This document shows, one piece after another, positions 51,443-60,893 of a DNA stretch of 64,000 nt. This DNA is from Patescibacteria group bacterium (GTDB lineage: Bacteria; Patescibacteriota; Dojkabacteria; J137). Made by a program: the position numbers and the translations under genes. Within the stretch, counting starts at the first letter, position 1. The number at the start of each line of letters is the position of its first letter. The stretch lies in assembly GCA_963169855.1 (NCBI GenBank), contig CAUJCN010000002.1, forward strand, positions 645,608-709,607, in the 5' to 3' direction. The notes beneath the pieces are model-generated. The model did not search any database, had not been told where the DNA came from, and saw only the letters and a program-made list of their open reading frames with translations.

Positions 51443-51913
51443 ATGAAAAAACTATTAGGCTCTCTCGCTGCAGTGCTTTTCTTTGTAGCTACTCCGCTAG
51501 TTAACACAGTTAGTGCACAAGATAATTTAATTTGTACAGTATTCCCATTTTTAAAGAATATTGGAGCATTCGGTATTAGCAACATCTGTGGAGGATTAAC
51601 AGATGAACAGCCAATTAACGAAGCAAGAAACTTAATTCAATTCGGATTAAATCTTGTATTTGTTGGAATTATTATCTTGGCAATTTACATAATTGTAAAA
51701 GCTGCCATTAACTACATCAGAAGTGAAGGAGATGATGAGAAGATCAAAGCTGCTAATAAATCAATTAAAGCAGTGTTCACAGGAATTATCGCTTTATTCG
51801 TTGGCATTTTAGGAATCATTTTGGTTCTTGCAATTTTCAACGCAACTGGAGCAGTAAATAATGATTTACCTGAAGGAAACTTTTTAGACCAAGATAATTT
51901 CGGTCCACAATAA
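51443..51913 (+). CDS. TrbC/VirB2-like pilin 5
   Basis: Signal peptide, TM-SEGDDEKIKAANKSIKAVFTG-TM. Confidence 0.8.
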   Translation: MKKLLGSLAAVLFFVATPLVNTVSAQDNLICTVFPFLKNIGAFGISNICGGLTDEQPINEARNLIQFGLNLVFVGIIILAIYIIVKAAINYIRSEGDDEKIKAANKSIKAVFTGIIALFVGILGIILVLAIFNATGAVNNDLPEGNFLDQDNFGPQ

Positions 51914-51915
51914 AA

Positions 51916-52653
51916 ATGAAATTTGTACGATTTCTAATCACAATAGGAATCATATTCCAAATAGTAGTGAGTCCTGTAAATGCCCAAATACAGGACTCTC
52001 CTTTTTCAGGAAATGATGCAAGTTCTTATCAATGTTTCGATAAGAACGGTCAGCCTGTAATTGACGATGGAGTTCCTCCACCATTAATTGTTAAAGATCC
52101 AAATTTAGATGTTTTCATTTGCGATACTAACGGAAACGGAGTATTAGATGCAGATGAATTAAGAGCTGTTCTTATTCCACCTAAACTTCAAGCAATCGAA
52201 GTCTGGTTTGTAAGAATTATTTATGTAGCTTGGGCTTTAGTTGGAGCATATTCATTTTACTTGTTAGTAGCCTTAGGTTACCAAGTAATGATTTCCAGAG
52301 GAGACCCAACATCTCTGCCAAAAGTTCGACAAAGAATTATCAATTTTATAATTGGATTTGCGTTAGTGTTCCTTGCAGTTCCTATCCTAGACACATTCTT
52401 CAGATTGTTAGGAATTAACAAGACTGTAAGTTGTTACGATGTTCAAATGCCAGGATTCCAATTCTTCTTTACAACACTTTGTAGCGGTAGCGATCCTTGC
52501 GCATTCACAGAAGCAGAAATTGGCGATGGAATTGTATGTCCTATTAGAAATGAATCTGTAAGGTGTAGTAGAGGAACAGAAAATTTCCTTTACGTTTGCG
52601 ATAACGATAGGCAAGTCTGGACTGGTGGAAGAACTGGTACTGGAGGAATTTAA
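51916..52653 (+). CDS. TrbC/VirB2-like pilin 6 with EF-hand-like loop and Cys-rich C-terminus
   Basis: DTNGNGVLDADEL; TM-SRGDP..L.KVRQRI...IIG-TM. Confidence 0.75.
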   Translation: MKFVRFLITIGIIFQIVVSPVNAQIQDSPFSGNDASSYQCFDKNGQPVIDDGVPPPLIVKDPNLDVFICDTNGNGVLDADELRAVLIPPKLQAIEVWFVRIIYVAWALVGAYSFYLLVALGYQVMISRGDPTSLPKVRQRIINFIIGFALVFLAVPILDTFFRLLGINKTVSCYDVQMPGFQFFFTTLCSGSDPCAFTEAEIGDGIVCPIRNESVRCSRGTENFLYVCDNDRQVWTGGRTGTGGI

Positions 52654-52658
52654 GAATT

Positions 52659-54149
52659 ATGGAACTAAAAATAAAGTCTTACAAAATTGGTGAATCCACG
52701 CACATAGACGATTTTACAATCGTTAGTCCTTTTGTGGATCTTGTTCAAGAACTGAAAAATATCGAAACACTTATTCCAGGAAACGAAGTTAGGGAAATAA
52801 TTTTGACAATTGAAAACGAACCAATAATAATTAAAAAAGATGGGGAAGCTCAATCTGTAGATATTGTTTTCAAGGACAAAACTTTCGAAACGCTTGAAGA
52901 CTTATTCAAGGAAACATTTAATATTCAATTTCTACTAAACGAATGGGCTGGTAGTTTTATAGACGCATCATTAGAAGGTTTCGAGGATCAACAATCTTTA
53001 TCAGATTATATTTCAGCACTAGAACAATCAGACGATCAAATCATAAATGAAGCTCAGCTTGGTGTGGATCAATTGATCTCTCAAACTAATGAATCGGCAC
53101 CGGAAGATGCAAAAATACATTTGTTCAAAATCCAAGAACTAGGTCAAAAGATAAACGAATCGGATCAGAAACTCAGAGCATTTAACTCATATCAAAAAAA
53201 CTTAGATAAAAGAAAAATGATTAGGGATAACATTCAAAGAGAAAAAGAAAGATTAGTTCAGATTGCAACAGGATCAAAAGACTTAATTGAATCTAAATCA
53301 AAACTGCAAAACGAAATTACTGTAATGCTTGGGGGAGATAATCTCGATCAATTAAAACAAAAAACTGAACAAGTTAAGCAGAGCAGACTTTCAAAGCTTT
53401 TTGGGTATCTTACCGATACGACCTCAATGTATAAATTTGAAGAGGAAGAAAAAGAAAGAAAATTACGAATTCCTAAAGCGTTCGTAATTTTGCTTCTTAC
53501 TCAAACCCTTGCTTCTGTAGCAATGTTTTTCTTTACTGCAGATTTAATCGTGTTCCTGTACATGGTTTTATCTTATGTAGTGATAATTACTGCAGGAATT
53601 ATTTTCCAAATCTACTCTTTTGATCGATTAGGAACAATTGAGGGATTTGTAGAGGAAACAAAAACTAAGAAATTCAGTTTTAAGAACGATTCTTCTGAAG
53701 AAAAGTATTTGATTAAAAATGCATGGGTTGATGCTTTGAGTAAAGACTTGCAGGAAGTTGACAGATCGCTTTCCGTGAGATTAGGAAATACAACTTACGA
53801 TGAACTTCAGAACAAACTAACGAACTTAGAAAAAGATTCTGCGAATTTGAGTGATGAATTAAAAAAGATGGAATCTGAAAAAATGGATCAGGATGATTAC
53901 TATAAATTTAGAAGAGAGTTCGATATTTTCACAATCGAAAGAGAGAACCTGCTCGAGAATCTGAAGGGAAAGATAGACAATCAAGTGTTGGAGAATATAA
54001 AATATACAATAGCACAAATTGACGAGGCTAGGCGTGAAGCCGATAAACCAAAATTAAAGTTGCCTTTTATTATTTTTAACCTAAAGGAAAAGAATCAGTG
54101 GACAAAGGATATCGTGGCGAAAAACAATCAAATACTCTTCATAGAATAG
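52659..54149 (+). CDS. coiled-coil protein with a central TM hairpin
   Basis: Long heptad-rich helices flanking two hydrophobic segments; no Walker A. Confidence 0.7.
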   Translation: MELKIKSYKIGESTHIDDFTIVSPFVDLVQELKNIETLIPGNEVREIILTIENEPIIIKKDGEAQSVDIVFKDKTFETLEDLFKETFNIQFLLNEWAGSFIDASLEGFEDQQSLSDYISALEQSDDQIINEAQLGVDQLISQTNESAPEDAKIHLFKIQELGQKINESDQKLRAFNSYQKNLDKRKMIRDNIQREKERLVQIATGSKDLIESKSKLQNEITVMLGGDNLDQLKQKTEQVKQSRLSKLFGYLTDTTSMYKFEEEEKERKLRIPKAFVILLLTQTLASVAMFFFTADLIVFLYMVLSYVVIITAGIIFQIYSFDRLGTIEGFVEETKTKKFSFKNDSSEEKYLIKNAWVDALSKDLQEVDRSLSVRLGNTTYDELQNKLTNLEKDSANLSDELKKMESEKMDQDDYYKFRREFDIFTIERENLLENLKGKIDNQVLENIKYTIAQIDEARREADKPKLKLPFIIFNLKEKNQWTKDIVAKNNQILFIE

Positions 54150-55906
54150 TTGCCCTTATTCTCGTTTTTGTATCAGCAACTTCTCCTGTACTTGCTAGAA
54201 GTTCATCTGAAATTGGACAAGACATTATCGACAAGCAAAACGAGATTGCTGCCAATCAAGAAAGACTTAAACAATCCGAAGCAAATAAAGCTTATTACGA
54301 ATCTGAATCTGCAAATCTGGCAGATGGAGTTCCTAAGCTAGAAGCTCAATTAAAAAAATTAGAAGAAGAGTTGAATGGAATAAAACTGGAAATTAGTATT
54401 TTAGAACAGCAACAAAAGTTAAAGGAACTCGAAAGAGAGCGAACACAGTTTGCTCAAAACGAAACTATTAAAGGCTCGTACATGGATTGGAAAAGTACCA
54501 GTCACGACGTAAGAATGTTTATTGACGAAGAGATAGATTTCTTAAAAATTCAGCAATATCAAAGCACAATTGCAGGAAATCAAGGTAAAAGCATTGATAA
54601 TCTAACGAATGAGTTAATCAAAATCGACGGTGAGATGACGGTGCTTGCTCAAAAGAAACAAGAGTTGGATGCGAAGCAGTTAGAAATTTCTGAACAGAAA
54701 AGACAACTCGAGGAACGATTGAATCAATTGAAATGGGGAGCTTTGGCAGAAGCAGGAAACATCACAGCATTGGGCTCTTCGATTAAACAGGCGGTGGCAG
54801 ATATTGCAGTGCTTTCAGCAGAACAAAGGGCGGCTTTAATTAGAGAGCAGGAGATTCAACAGAACAACCCAGGTTTACAAAATTCAGCGGGATGCGACGG
54901 TGCTTCGGTTCCTACAGGAAGTTTCTACTTCTGTGGAAATGGAAGAGATTTGTATCAAGGACACGGAGTTGGAATGAGTCAATACGGAGCTAAAGGAGCT
55001 GCTCAGAAAGGCGAATCAGCAGAAAGTATTTTGAATTTCTACTACTACGGAGCTACTGTTTCTACAATTGCAGAACCAGCAGAGATTTCAATCACGTATT
55101 GCCAAGGGAGTTCTTGGTTGGCAGAAACTTACAACAACTGTAACTATAATGGAAGTAATTACGGCCCAGTTATTACGGAAAGAATTGCATTAGTTGATTA
55201 CTTGGGAGGTTTAGGAGAAATGCCGTACAGTTGGCCTGAAGAAGCAAGAAAAGCTCAAATGATTGCAGCTAGGACATATGCTTTACGAAGAACAAACAAC
55301 GGAGATCCTAATTATCCAATTTGTTTGACTGCATCTTGCCAAGTCTCTAAAGTCAAATCGGGAGAAAATTATGAAAGACCTTTGGCAGTTGCAACCGCAG
55401 GAAAAGTTATTTTGCACAACGGTGGCTACATTGATGCTTTGTATTCTGCTGATAATAGTCAGAATGCTGGAACCGCAGATTGCGGAACTAGATTCCAAGA
55501 TGTTTATGGAAATCCAAACTTCGGGTGCGGTCCATATCTGGTTTCTGTAAACGATAATCATTGGGCATGGGACTCTAGAATGTACGGATGTTCTGCTAAT
55601 GGAGTAGCAACTCCTTGTGGTTTATGGCCTTGGAAAACAAGAACTTATACATATGCTCAATTCGATGAATTCTTAACTTGGGTTAGAGGAAATCTTTACT
55701 GGGAATTTGCTTCTGTAGGAAATACAACATATATTAGCTTTGAAAGAGATGCTTCTGGTAGAATCAAGAGAGCTAATATTCTAGGAACTGGAGGTTCGCT
55801 TTCAGTTGGAGGTTGGTGGTTCAAGAATGCTTGGATCGAATGGACTGCAGCTAGAGGAGAATATGATTATCTTTACAGTCAAACTTTAAATGTTGTTCAA
55901 CTATAA
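54098..55906 (+). CDS. secreted coiled-coil + SpoIID/LytB-type peptidoglycan lytic enzyme
   Basis: GHGVGMSQYGA..ILNFYY and YL..LGEMP.SW..EA.KAQ.IAARTYA; start codon uncertain. Confidence 0.88.
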   Translation: MDKGYRGEKQSNTLHRIVALILVFVSATSPVLARSSSEIGQDIIDKQNEIAANQERLKQSEANKAYYESESANLADGVPKLEAQLKKLEEELNGIKLEISILEQQQKLKELERERTQFAQNETIKGSYMDWKSTSHDVRMFIDEEIDFLKIQQYQSTIAGNQGKSIDNLTNELIKIDGEMTVLAQKKQELDAKQLEISEQKRQLEERLNQLKWGALAEAGNITALGSSIKQAVADIAVLSAEQRAALIREQEIQQNNPGLQNSAGCDGASVPTGSFYFCGNGRDLYQGHGVGMSQYGAKGAAQKGESAESILNFYYYGATVSTIAEPAEISITYCQGSSWLAETYNNCNYNGSNYGPVITERIALVDYLGGLGEMPYSWPEEARKAQMIAARTYALRRTNNGDPNYPICLTASCQVSKVKSGENYERPLAVATAGKVILHNGGYIDALYSADNSQNAGTADCGTRFQDVYGNPNFGCGPYLVSVNDNHWAWDSRMYGCSANGVATPCGLWPWKTRTYTYAQFDEFLTWVRGNLYWEFASVGNTTYISFERDASGRIKRANILGTGGSLSVGGWWFKNAWIEWTAARGEYDYLYSQTLNVVQL

Positions 55907-56545
55907 ATGAATCCTGCTTATAACCCAGATGCAAAAAAAATGATGATGATCCAGAAAATGGATCAAATTGTACCTAAATCTAACTTAGGATTTTTTGGGT
56001 CTGTTCAATATAGACCAAAAATGAGTTTTGAAGGTCAAAATAGAAACGAGAAAGTTTACATCATGGCAAGAAGACACTGGTTAACTAATATTGGATGGAT
56101 TTTCAACAACTTCATTTATCTTTTGATTCCCGTTATAGCGGCTTTGATATTAAATATTTTTGATACAAGGCTTCCAGAATTAAACAGACAAATCTATGCA
56201 GTGATTGTTCTAGGATACTACTCATTTGTTTTTACGAACATGTTTAAGAACTTTATTGATTGGTATTACGATATTTACTTTGTAACAAACGAAAAAGTTA
56301 TGGACGTTATTTTCAAGCCTTTTGCTTCTTATCAAATCGAAGAAATTCCTTTGGTCAGCATAGAAAGTGTGAGAGAAAAAACTCCTGGAGTATTGGCATC
56401 ATTATTCAACTATGGGAATATTACAATAACTACCGAAGCAAACGACAGAACTATGATATTCCCATACATTTCTCGACCTACAAAGGTTAGAGATATTATT
56501 TCAGACTTAGCTTTTGTGGCTAGATCATTCAACAATGGAAATTGA
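55907..56545 (+). CDS. membrane protein with bacterial PH-like domain
   Basis: RRHW, 2 TM, WYYDIYFVTNEKV.D, FNYG.I.I.T. Confidence 0.8.
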   Translation: MNPAYNPDAKKMMMIQKMDQIVPKSNLGFFGSVQYRPKMSFEGQNRNEKVYIMARRHWLTNIGWIFNNFIYLLIPVIAALILNIFDTRLPELNRQIYAVIVLGYYSFVFTNMFKNFIDWYYDIYFVTNEKVMDVIFKPFASYQIEEIPLVSIESVREKTPGVLASLFNYGNITITTEANDRTMIFPYISRPTKVRDIISDLAFVARSFNNGN

Positions 56546-56753
56546 TTTAACGGCGATAATTGGACTGGTAAAAATATTTGCAATAGTAGTTGCTTTATTT
56601 CATTTGCTTGCAGGATTGTTTATCACAAGGCAAATTACAAGAATGAACAGGATAGTAAAAACTCAAAATGGAGTATTCATTTTTTTTGTTGCTGTCGGAT
56701 ACCTGATTTTACTTTCAGTAGTTCTACTGCTAATTATTACAATTCCTGTTTAA
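56535..56753 (+). CDS. small 2-TM protein
   Basis: TM-RQITRMN-TM; ATG overlaps the upstream stop region. Confidence 0.7.
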   Translation: MEIDLTAIIGLVKIFAIVVALFHLLAGLFITRQITRMNRIVKTQNGVFIFFVAVGYLILLSVVLLLIITIPV

Positions 56754-56783
56754 GAATTTTTAAAAATTCTATATACTGAACAT

Positions 56784-59627
56784 ATGGCAATTAAAGCAGA
56801 CTTTATAACCGGTAAACAAACTTTTGGAAATTGGGCGAGAGTATTCGCCTTTGTTCCTGAGGATCAATCAGGAAAAGAAATGTTTGTAGTGGCTAAGATC
56901 TACGTGGATAGTGATGAATTCAATCTTGATAATGCAGGAAAACTTCTTTTAGACGAACTTCAAGGAATCTATTTCACCGATACAAAGGAATACGCGGACC
57001 AAGTTAGTAGACTTGAAAACGCACTTTGGAAAATGAAAGGAAAGATGGAGTATATTCTTTCTAAAGAAGAATCTCTTGTACAAAAAGGTTTAGATATAGA
57101 ATTAGCAGTTGTAGTTTATGATGAAAGTTTTGCTTATGCAGCGATTGTAGGAGAGAGTAGAATTAAGATTTTCAGAGAAGGAAAACTAATTGATATTACA
57201 GAAGCACTTTCAGACGCTGCAGATTCTGGATTCTTCAAAACAGGAAGTCTAGAATTAGATGAAAACGACAGATTATTCTTGATCACATCTCAAGCATCAA
57301 AAGAGTTTGCAGATAAAGAATTGACTTATGGAGCAAGTGTATTAGCTTTCGACAAATTAAAAGCAGCTTACCCGGAATCTTCAGAAGGTACAGCAATGAT
57401 GATGGTTTACAAGGATTCAGCAATTCCTCTAGAAGTAGAAGAAGAGTCTGAAGTTGCTGCCGATCTTTCAGAGGAGGAAATTGAATCTAATCCTAGCCAA
57501 CTTGCTGGAAACAAACCTAGCGCATCTACAGCCCCAAATTTTGGTAGAGAAACAATGTCTGCAGTAACAGAAGTTTCTAGAATGACTATGTTCGGAGAAA
57601 AACTAAAAATGTTCTCTTCAATTGCAAAAGAAAATTTAGTTAAAGCAGGAAATTTCACAAAAGGAAAATTGATTGTATTAAAAGACAAAGTTATAGAATT
57701 AAACAACAAGAGACAAGGTAGAGAAGTTGAACAATTTGAAGAAGAATCTGAAGGAGAATACGAAACTATTCCTACTCAGGCTCCTGGGCAAAGAAGAGTC
57801 GCAGCAACACTTCCTGTTGTTCCTGCAGCAACTTCAAGATTAGATGATGAAGAAGGAGAAAACTTAGATTATTCTGATCCTGCAGTTAATGATTCTCAAA
57901 CAACTGAAGTTCCTCAAGAAGAGAACTCAGAGCTAGTTTCTGAACAACCTGTAGAACAGGCAGAAGTAAATCCATACGAAGAAATGGAATCTCATAATTT
58001 AAATGATGAATCGATTCACGAAGAATACGGGGAAGAACTACAGGCAGTAGATACACAAAGCAGATTAAATGATGAAGAGTACGAAGAGGATTACGAAGAT
58101 GAGGGATCACAGGAATTTGAAGATGAATCAGCACCAATGCCAGCAGTTCAACAAAGAATGATGCAGAGAAATATTTCTCAAGAACCGCAAGGTCTAAAAG
58201 ATAATGTATTAGGAAGAGTTTCTGGAGTTAAAGAAAAACTAACTGGATTCTATCAGAATAAATTAGGAAAGAATGGGGGAAGTACTATCTCAACAATATT
58301 CCAAAACATTCTTTCAATTCTACGAGAACTTATTACGAATGGAATTGAATTATTCAAAAAAGAAATTTTGGGAGTTGGAGATAACAGAAGAGACAGATTA
58401 ACTAGAGCAAAAAGAAGACGAAGAAACAGAATCATTTTGATTATCATAGTGATTGTTCTGTTTATCGTAATCACAAATTCGATTAGAAGTGCTCAAGAAG
58501 CTAGGGCTCAACAAGAACAATTAGATACAGCGAAATCAAAACTTACAGATTTCCAAAGCACTTATAGAACTTTGGACGCGAAAGTAAGTACAGCTAAAGC
58601 TGGTGGAGATGTTGGAAAGCAAAACTTGATCGCAGATCTAGACAGATTAAATGCAGAAATCAATGTTCAAAAACGAGATGGATTATTAGTCGATGATTTA
58701 AATACAGTTCAAAAGAATATCGAAACTACAAAAGACAAAGTATTAGATGTTGTTTCAATCACAACACCACAAGTTCTAGTTGATGTAGGAAAGAGTTATC
58801 CTGATGCGAATTTAGCAGATATTGAATACTCAAATGGAGGAGTCTACATTGCAGACCAAGGAAGAAACTTGATTTACAGAGTAGCAACAGCTTCGTTAAA
58901 TGGAGTTCCTCAGAGTTTTGTTTCTGGATTAGCTCAGCCATATGCTTTGGTTAGAAATGTAGATGGAGATATTATTTTCTACGATAACGATACAAGCTCA
59001 GCAATGGGAGTATTCGAATACGACAAAGAAAATAGCTTGAGTAGATACCCAGGATTATCAGCAAGTAGTATTGGAAAAGTTACTGAATCTTCATTGTTCA
59101 GTGGAAATAATTCACTTTACGAAGTAAGAGGATCAACAAGTCAGATTTTCAAAAGAGATCAAACAGGAGGAAGTTACGTTAGTGGAGGAGCAACTCAATC
59201 GGGAGAATTTAACACAAACTGGAGAGTAGACCCAGACTTTACGAACGCTGTTGATATCGCAACACCATACGAGATTTACGTGTTAATCAAAGGACAAGGA
59301 ATTAAGAGATACTTTGCAAGAGAAGCAAATACTTTGACAACAAACTTGTTATCAAATATTTCTCAGGCAGATATCAGTGCTGTTCAAAATGGATCATCAC
59401 TTGATGTAGTGGATTCATTTGTAGCTGTGGGAGATCCTGCAAACAAGAGAGTATTCTTGTTCAGAATTGATGATACAAACGAGAAAGGCTTAACTTTGAT
59501 TAAGCAATATGTTTACAGAGGAAATGAGAATGTATTTACAGATTTAGATGAGATTGTAATTGTGCCAAACGAAAGTGCATTGTATGTTCTTGATAATTTG
59601 AAGGTGATTAAATTACCTTTACAATAA
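56784..59627 (+). CDS. large bitopic protein: degenerate PP2C-like N-domain, acidic linker, TM, coiled coil, beta-propeller-like C-domain
   Basis: AAIVGESRI...R.G.L, SLEL..NDRLFL.T; D/E-rich linker; RRRRNR-TM; repeats VYIAD, IYVL, VAVGD, LYVLD. Confidence 0.7.
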   Translation: MAIKADFITGKQTFGNWARVFAFVPEDQSGKEMFVVAKIYVDSDEFNLDNAGKLLLDELQGIYFTDTKEYADQVSRLENALWKMKGKMEYILSKEESLVQKGLDIELAVVVYDESFAYAAIVGESRIKIFREGKLIDITEALSDAADSGFFKTGSLELDENDRLFLITSQASKEFADKELTYGASVLAFDKLKAAYPESSEGTAMMMVYKDSAIPLEVEEESEVAADLSEEEIESNPSQLAGNKPSASTAPNFGRETMSAVTEVSRMTMFGEKLKMFSSIAKENLVKAGNFTKGKLIVLKDKVIELNNKRQGREVEQFEEESEGEYETIPTQAPGQRRVAATLPVVPAATSRLDDEEGENLDYSDPAVNDSQTTEVPQEENSELVSEQPVEQAEVNPYEEMESHNLNDESIHEEYGEELQAVDTQSRLNDEEYEEDYEDEGSQEFEDESAPMPAVQQRMMQRNISQEPQGLKDNVLGRVSGVKEKLTGFYQNKLGKNGGSTISTIFQNILSILRELITNGIELFKKEILGVGDNRRDRLTRAKRRRRNRIILIIIVIVLFIVITNSIRSAQEARAQQEQLDTAKSKLTDFQSTYRTLDAKVSTAKAGGDVGKQNLIADLDRLNAEINVQKRDGLLVDDLNTVQKNIETTKDKVLDVVSITTPQVLVDVGKSYPDANLADIEYSNGGVYIADQGRNLIYRVATASLNGVPQSFVSGLAQPYALVRNVDGDIIFYDNDTSSAMGVFEYDKENSLSRYPGLSASSIGKVTESSLFSGNNSLYEVRGSTSQIFKRDQTGGSYVSGGATQSGEFNTNWRVDPDFTNAVDIATPYEIYVLIKGQGIKRYFAREANTLTTNLLSNISQADISAVQNGSSLDVVDSFVAVGDPANKRVFLFRIDDTNEKGLTLIKQYVYRGNENVFTDLDEIVIVPNESALYVLDNLKVIKLPLQ

Positions 59628-59650
59628 TTAGAATTCAATTTAGCTTAGAC

Positions 59651-59699
59651 AGATCCCGCTATGGTTCGAGTGCCTCACCATGACTGCGGGATCTTTTTT
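59651..59699 (+). terminator. terminator with an embedded REP-like element
   Basis: AGATCCCGC-[ATGGTTCGAGTGCCTCACCAT]-GCGGGATCT then T tract. Confidence 0.75.
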
Positions 59700-59752
59700 C
59701 TACTCAGTGTATTACGCAATCATGTTATTATTATGCATATCAATAAATAAGA

Positions 59753-60208
59753 TTGAAGACTTTAAGCACAAACAAAAAAGCATATTTTGATTACGAAATT
59801 CTGGATAAGTACGAAGCTGGAATAGAACTGTACGGCTGGGAAGTAAAGTCAATTAAAAGCACAAACTTCAATATTGCTTCCGCATATGTAACTCCAAGAG
59901 ACTACGAGATGCTTCTTGTGGGAATGCGAGTAGGACTATTAAAAGAGTCGTTCACTCAAGATAAGAATTTAGAAACAAGAAATCGAAAACTGCTTTTAAA
60001 TAAAAATGAAATCTTTCAAATAGTTTCTAAAACGAAAACCAAAGGACTTACGATCGTTCCACTGGAAGTATATTTAAATGACAGAGGCTACATTAAAGTT
60101 TTAATTGGAACAGCAAGAGGAAAGAAGAAATACGAAAAGAAAGACAAGGTTAAGAATAGAGACCTAGTAAAAGATTTGGAACTAGATAGGAAGCAGTACA
60201 ATTTCTAA
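59753..60208 (+). CDS. smpB: SsrA-binding protein SmpB
   Basis: NKKA.FDY.I...YEAGIEL.G.EVKSI, RKLLL...EI, GLTIVPL, ARGKK. Confidence 0.95.
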   Translation: MKTLSTNKKAYFDYEILDKYEAGIELYGWEVKSIKSTNFNIASAYVTPRDYEMLLVGMRVGLLKESFTQDKNLETRNRKLLLNKNEIFQIVSKTKTKGLTIVPLEVYLNDRGYIKVLIGTARGKKKYEKKDKVKNRDLVKDLELDRKQYNF

Positions 60209-60232
60209 ATAGCTATATGATAAACTCAAGAT

Positions 60233-60793
60233 ATGGATGATTCAAAAACAATACAAAGTCAAAGTATAAAGCAGTTAATTGCTTACCTAGAGAAATTCGG
60301 ATTTAAATATTTAGGTCCAGGAGAGAATGGAGATGTTCTTTTTACTGCTCCAAACGGACAAGCAGTAACTGGCGAAGTTGCCTACAGATTTGTGAAAACA
60401 CAGTTAGCCCAACCTGCGAGCCAAGGAAGTGGAAGCCCAGAAACACTAAACATGCCTCAGAACATTCCTCAGATCGATCAAACTTTTGAATCAAATATTG
60501 AAATTGAAAAAGGTCCAGAAGAAGGAAAAATTGAAAGAGCTTCTGAACAAAAAGATGCAAATTCGCAATCATTGAGTGATCTGAAAGTAAAGAATAGTTC
60601 TCCAAGAATGAAGATTGCTAAAACAGCAATACCAATGCCTTTCGGGGATGGCTTTACACCAAAGACGTTCAAACCAGATGATACCAAGAGTATTCAGGAT
60701 TTTATTTCAAAGAAAGCTAGTGCAAATCATAGCGATCCAGAAGTGTGGCTGAAAGTTCTTTGGGAAAAATTCTTAAAAGAATTAGCTGCATAA
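60233..60793 (+). CDS. hypothetical protein
   Basis: 186-aa ORF with upstream extended -10 box; C-terminal W...W.K helix. Confidence 0.65.
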   Translation: MDDSKTIQSQSIKQLIAYLEKFGFKYLGPGENGDVLFTAPNGQAVTGEVAYRFVKTQLAQPASQGSGSPETLNMPQNIPQIDQTFESNIEIEKGPEEGKIERASEQKDANSQSLSDLKVKNSSPRMKIAKTAIPMPFGDGFTPKTFKPDDTKSIQDFISKKASANHSDPEVWLKVLWEKFLKELAA

Positions 60794-60893
60794 TTCATAA
60801 TCTTCCGTTTTCTCACTTTATTATTAAAACTTGCATTGTTTTGCTGTAAAATAATAAAACATACAGACGAAAGTCCGTAAATTTTTGTTGTAT

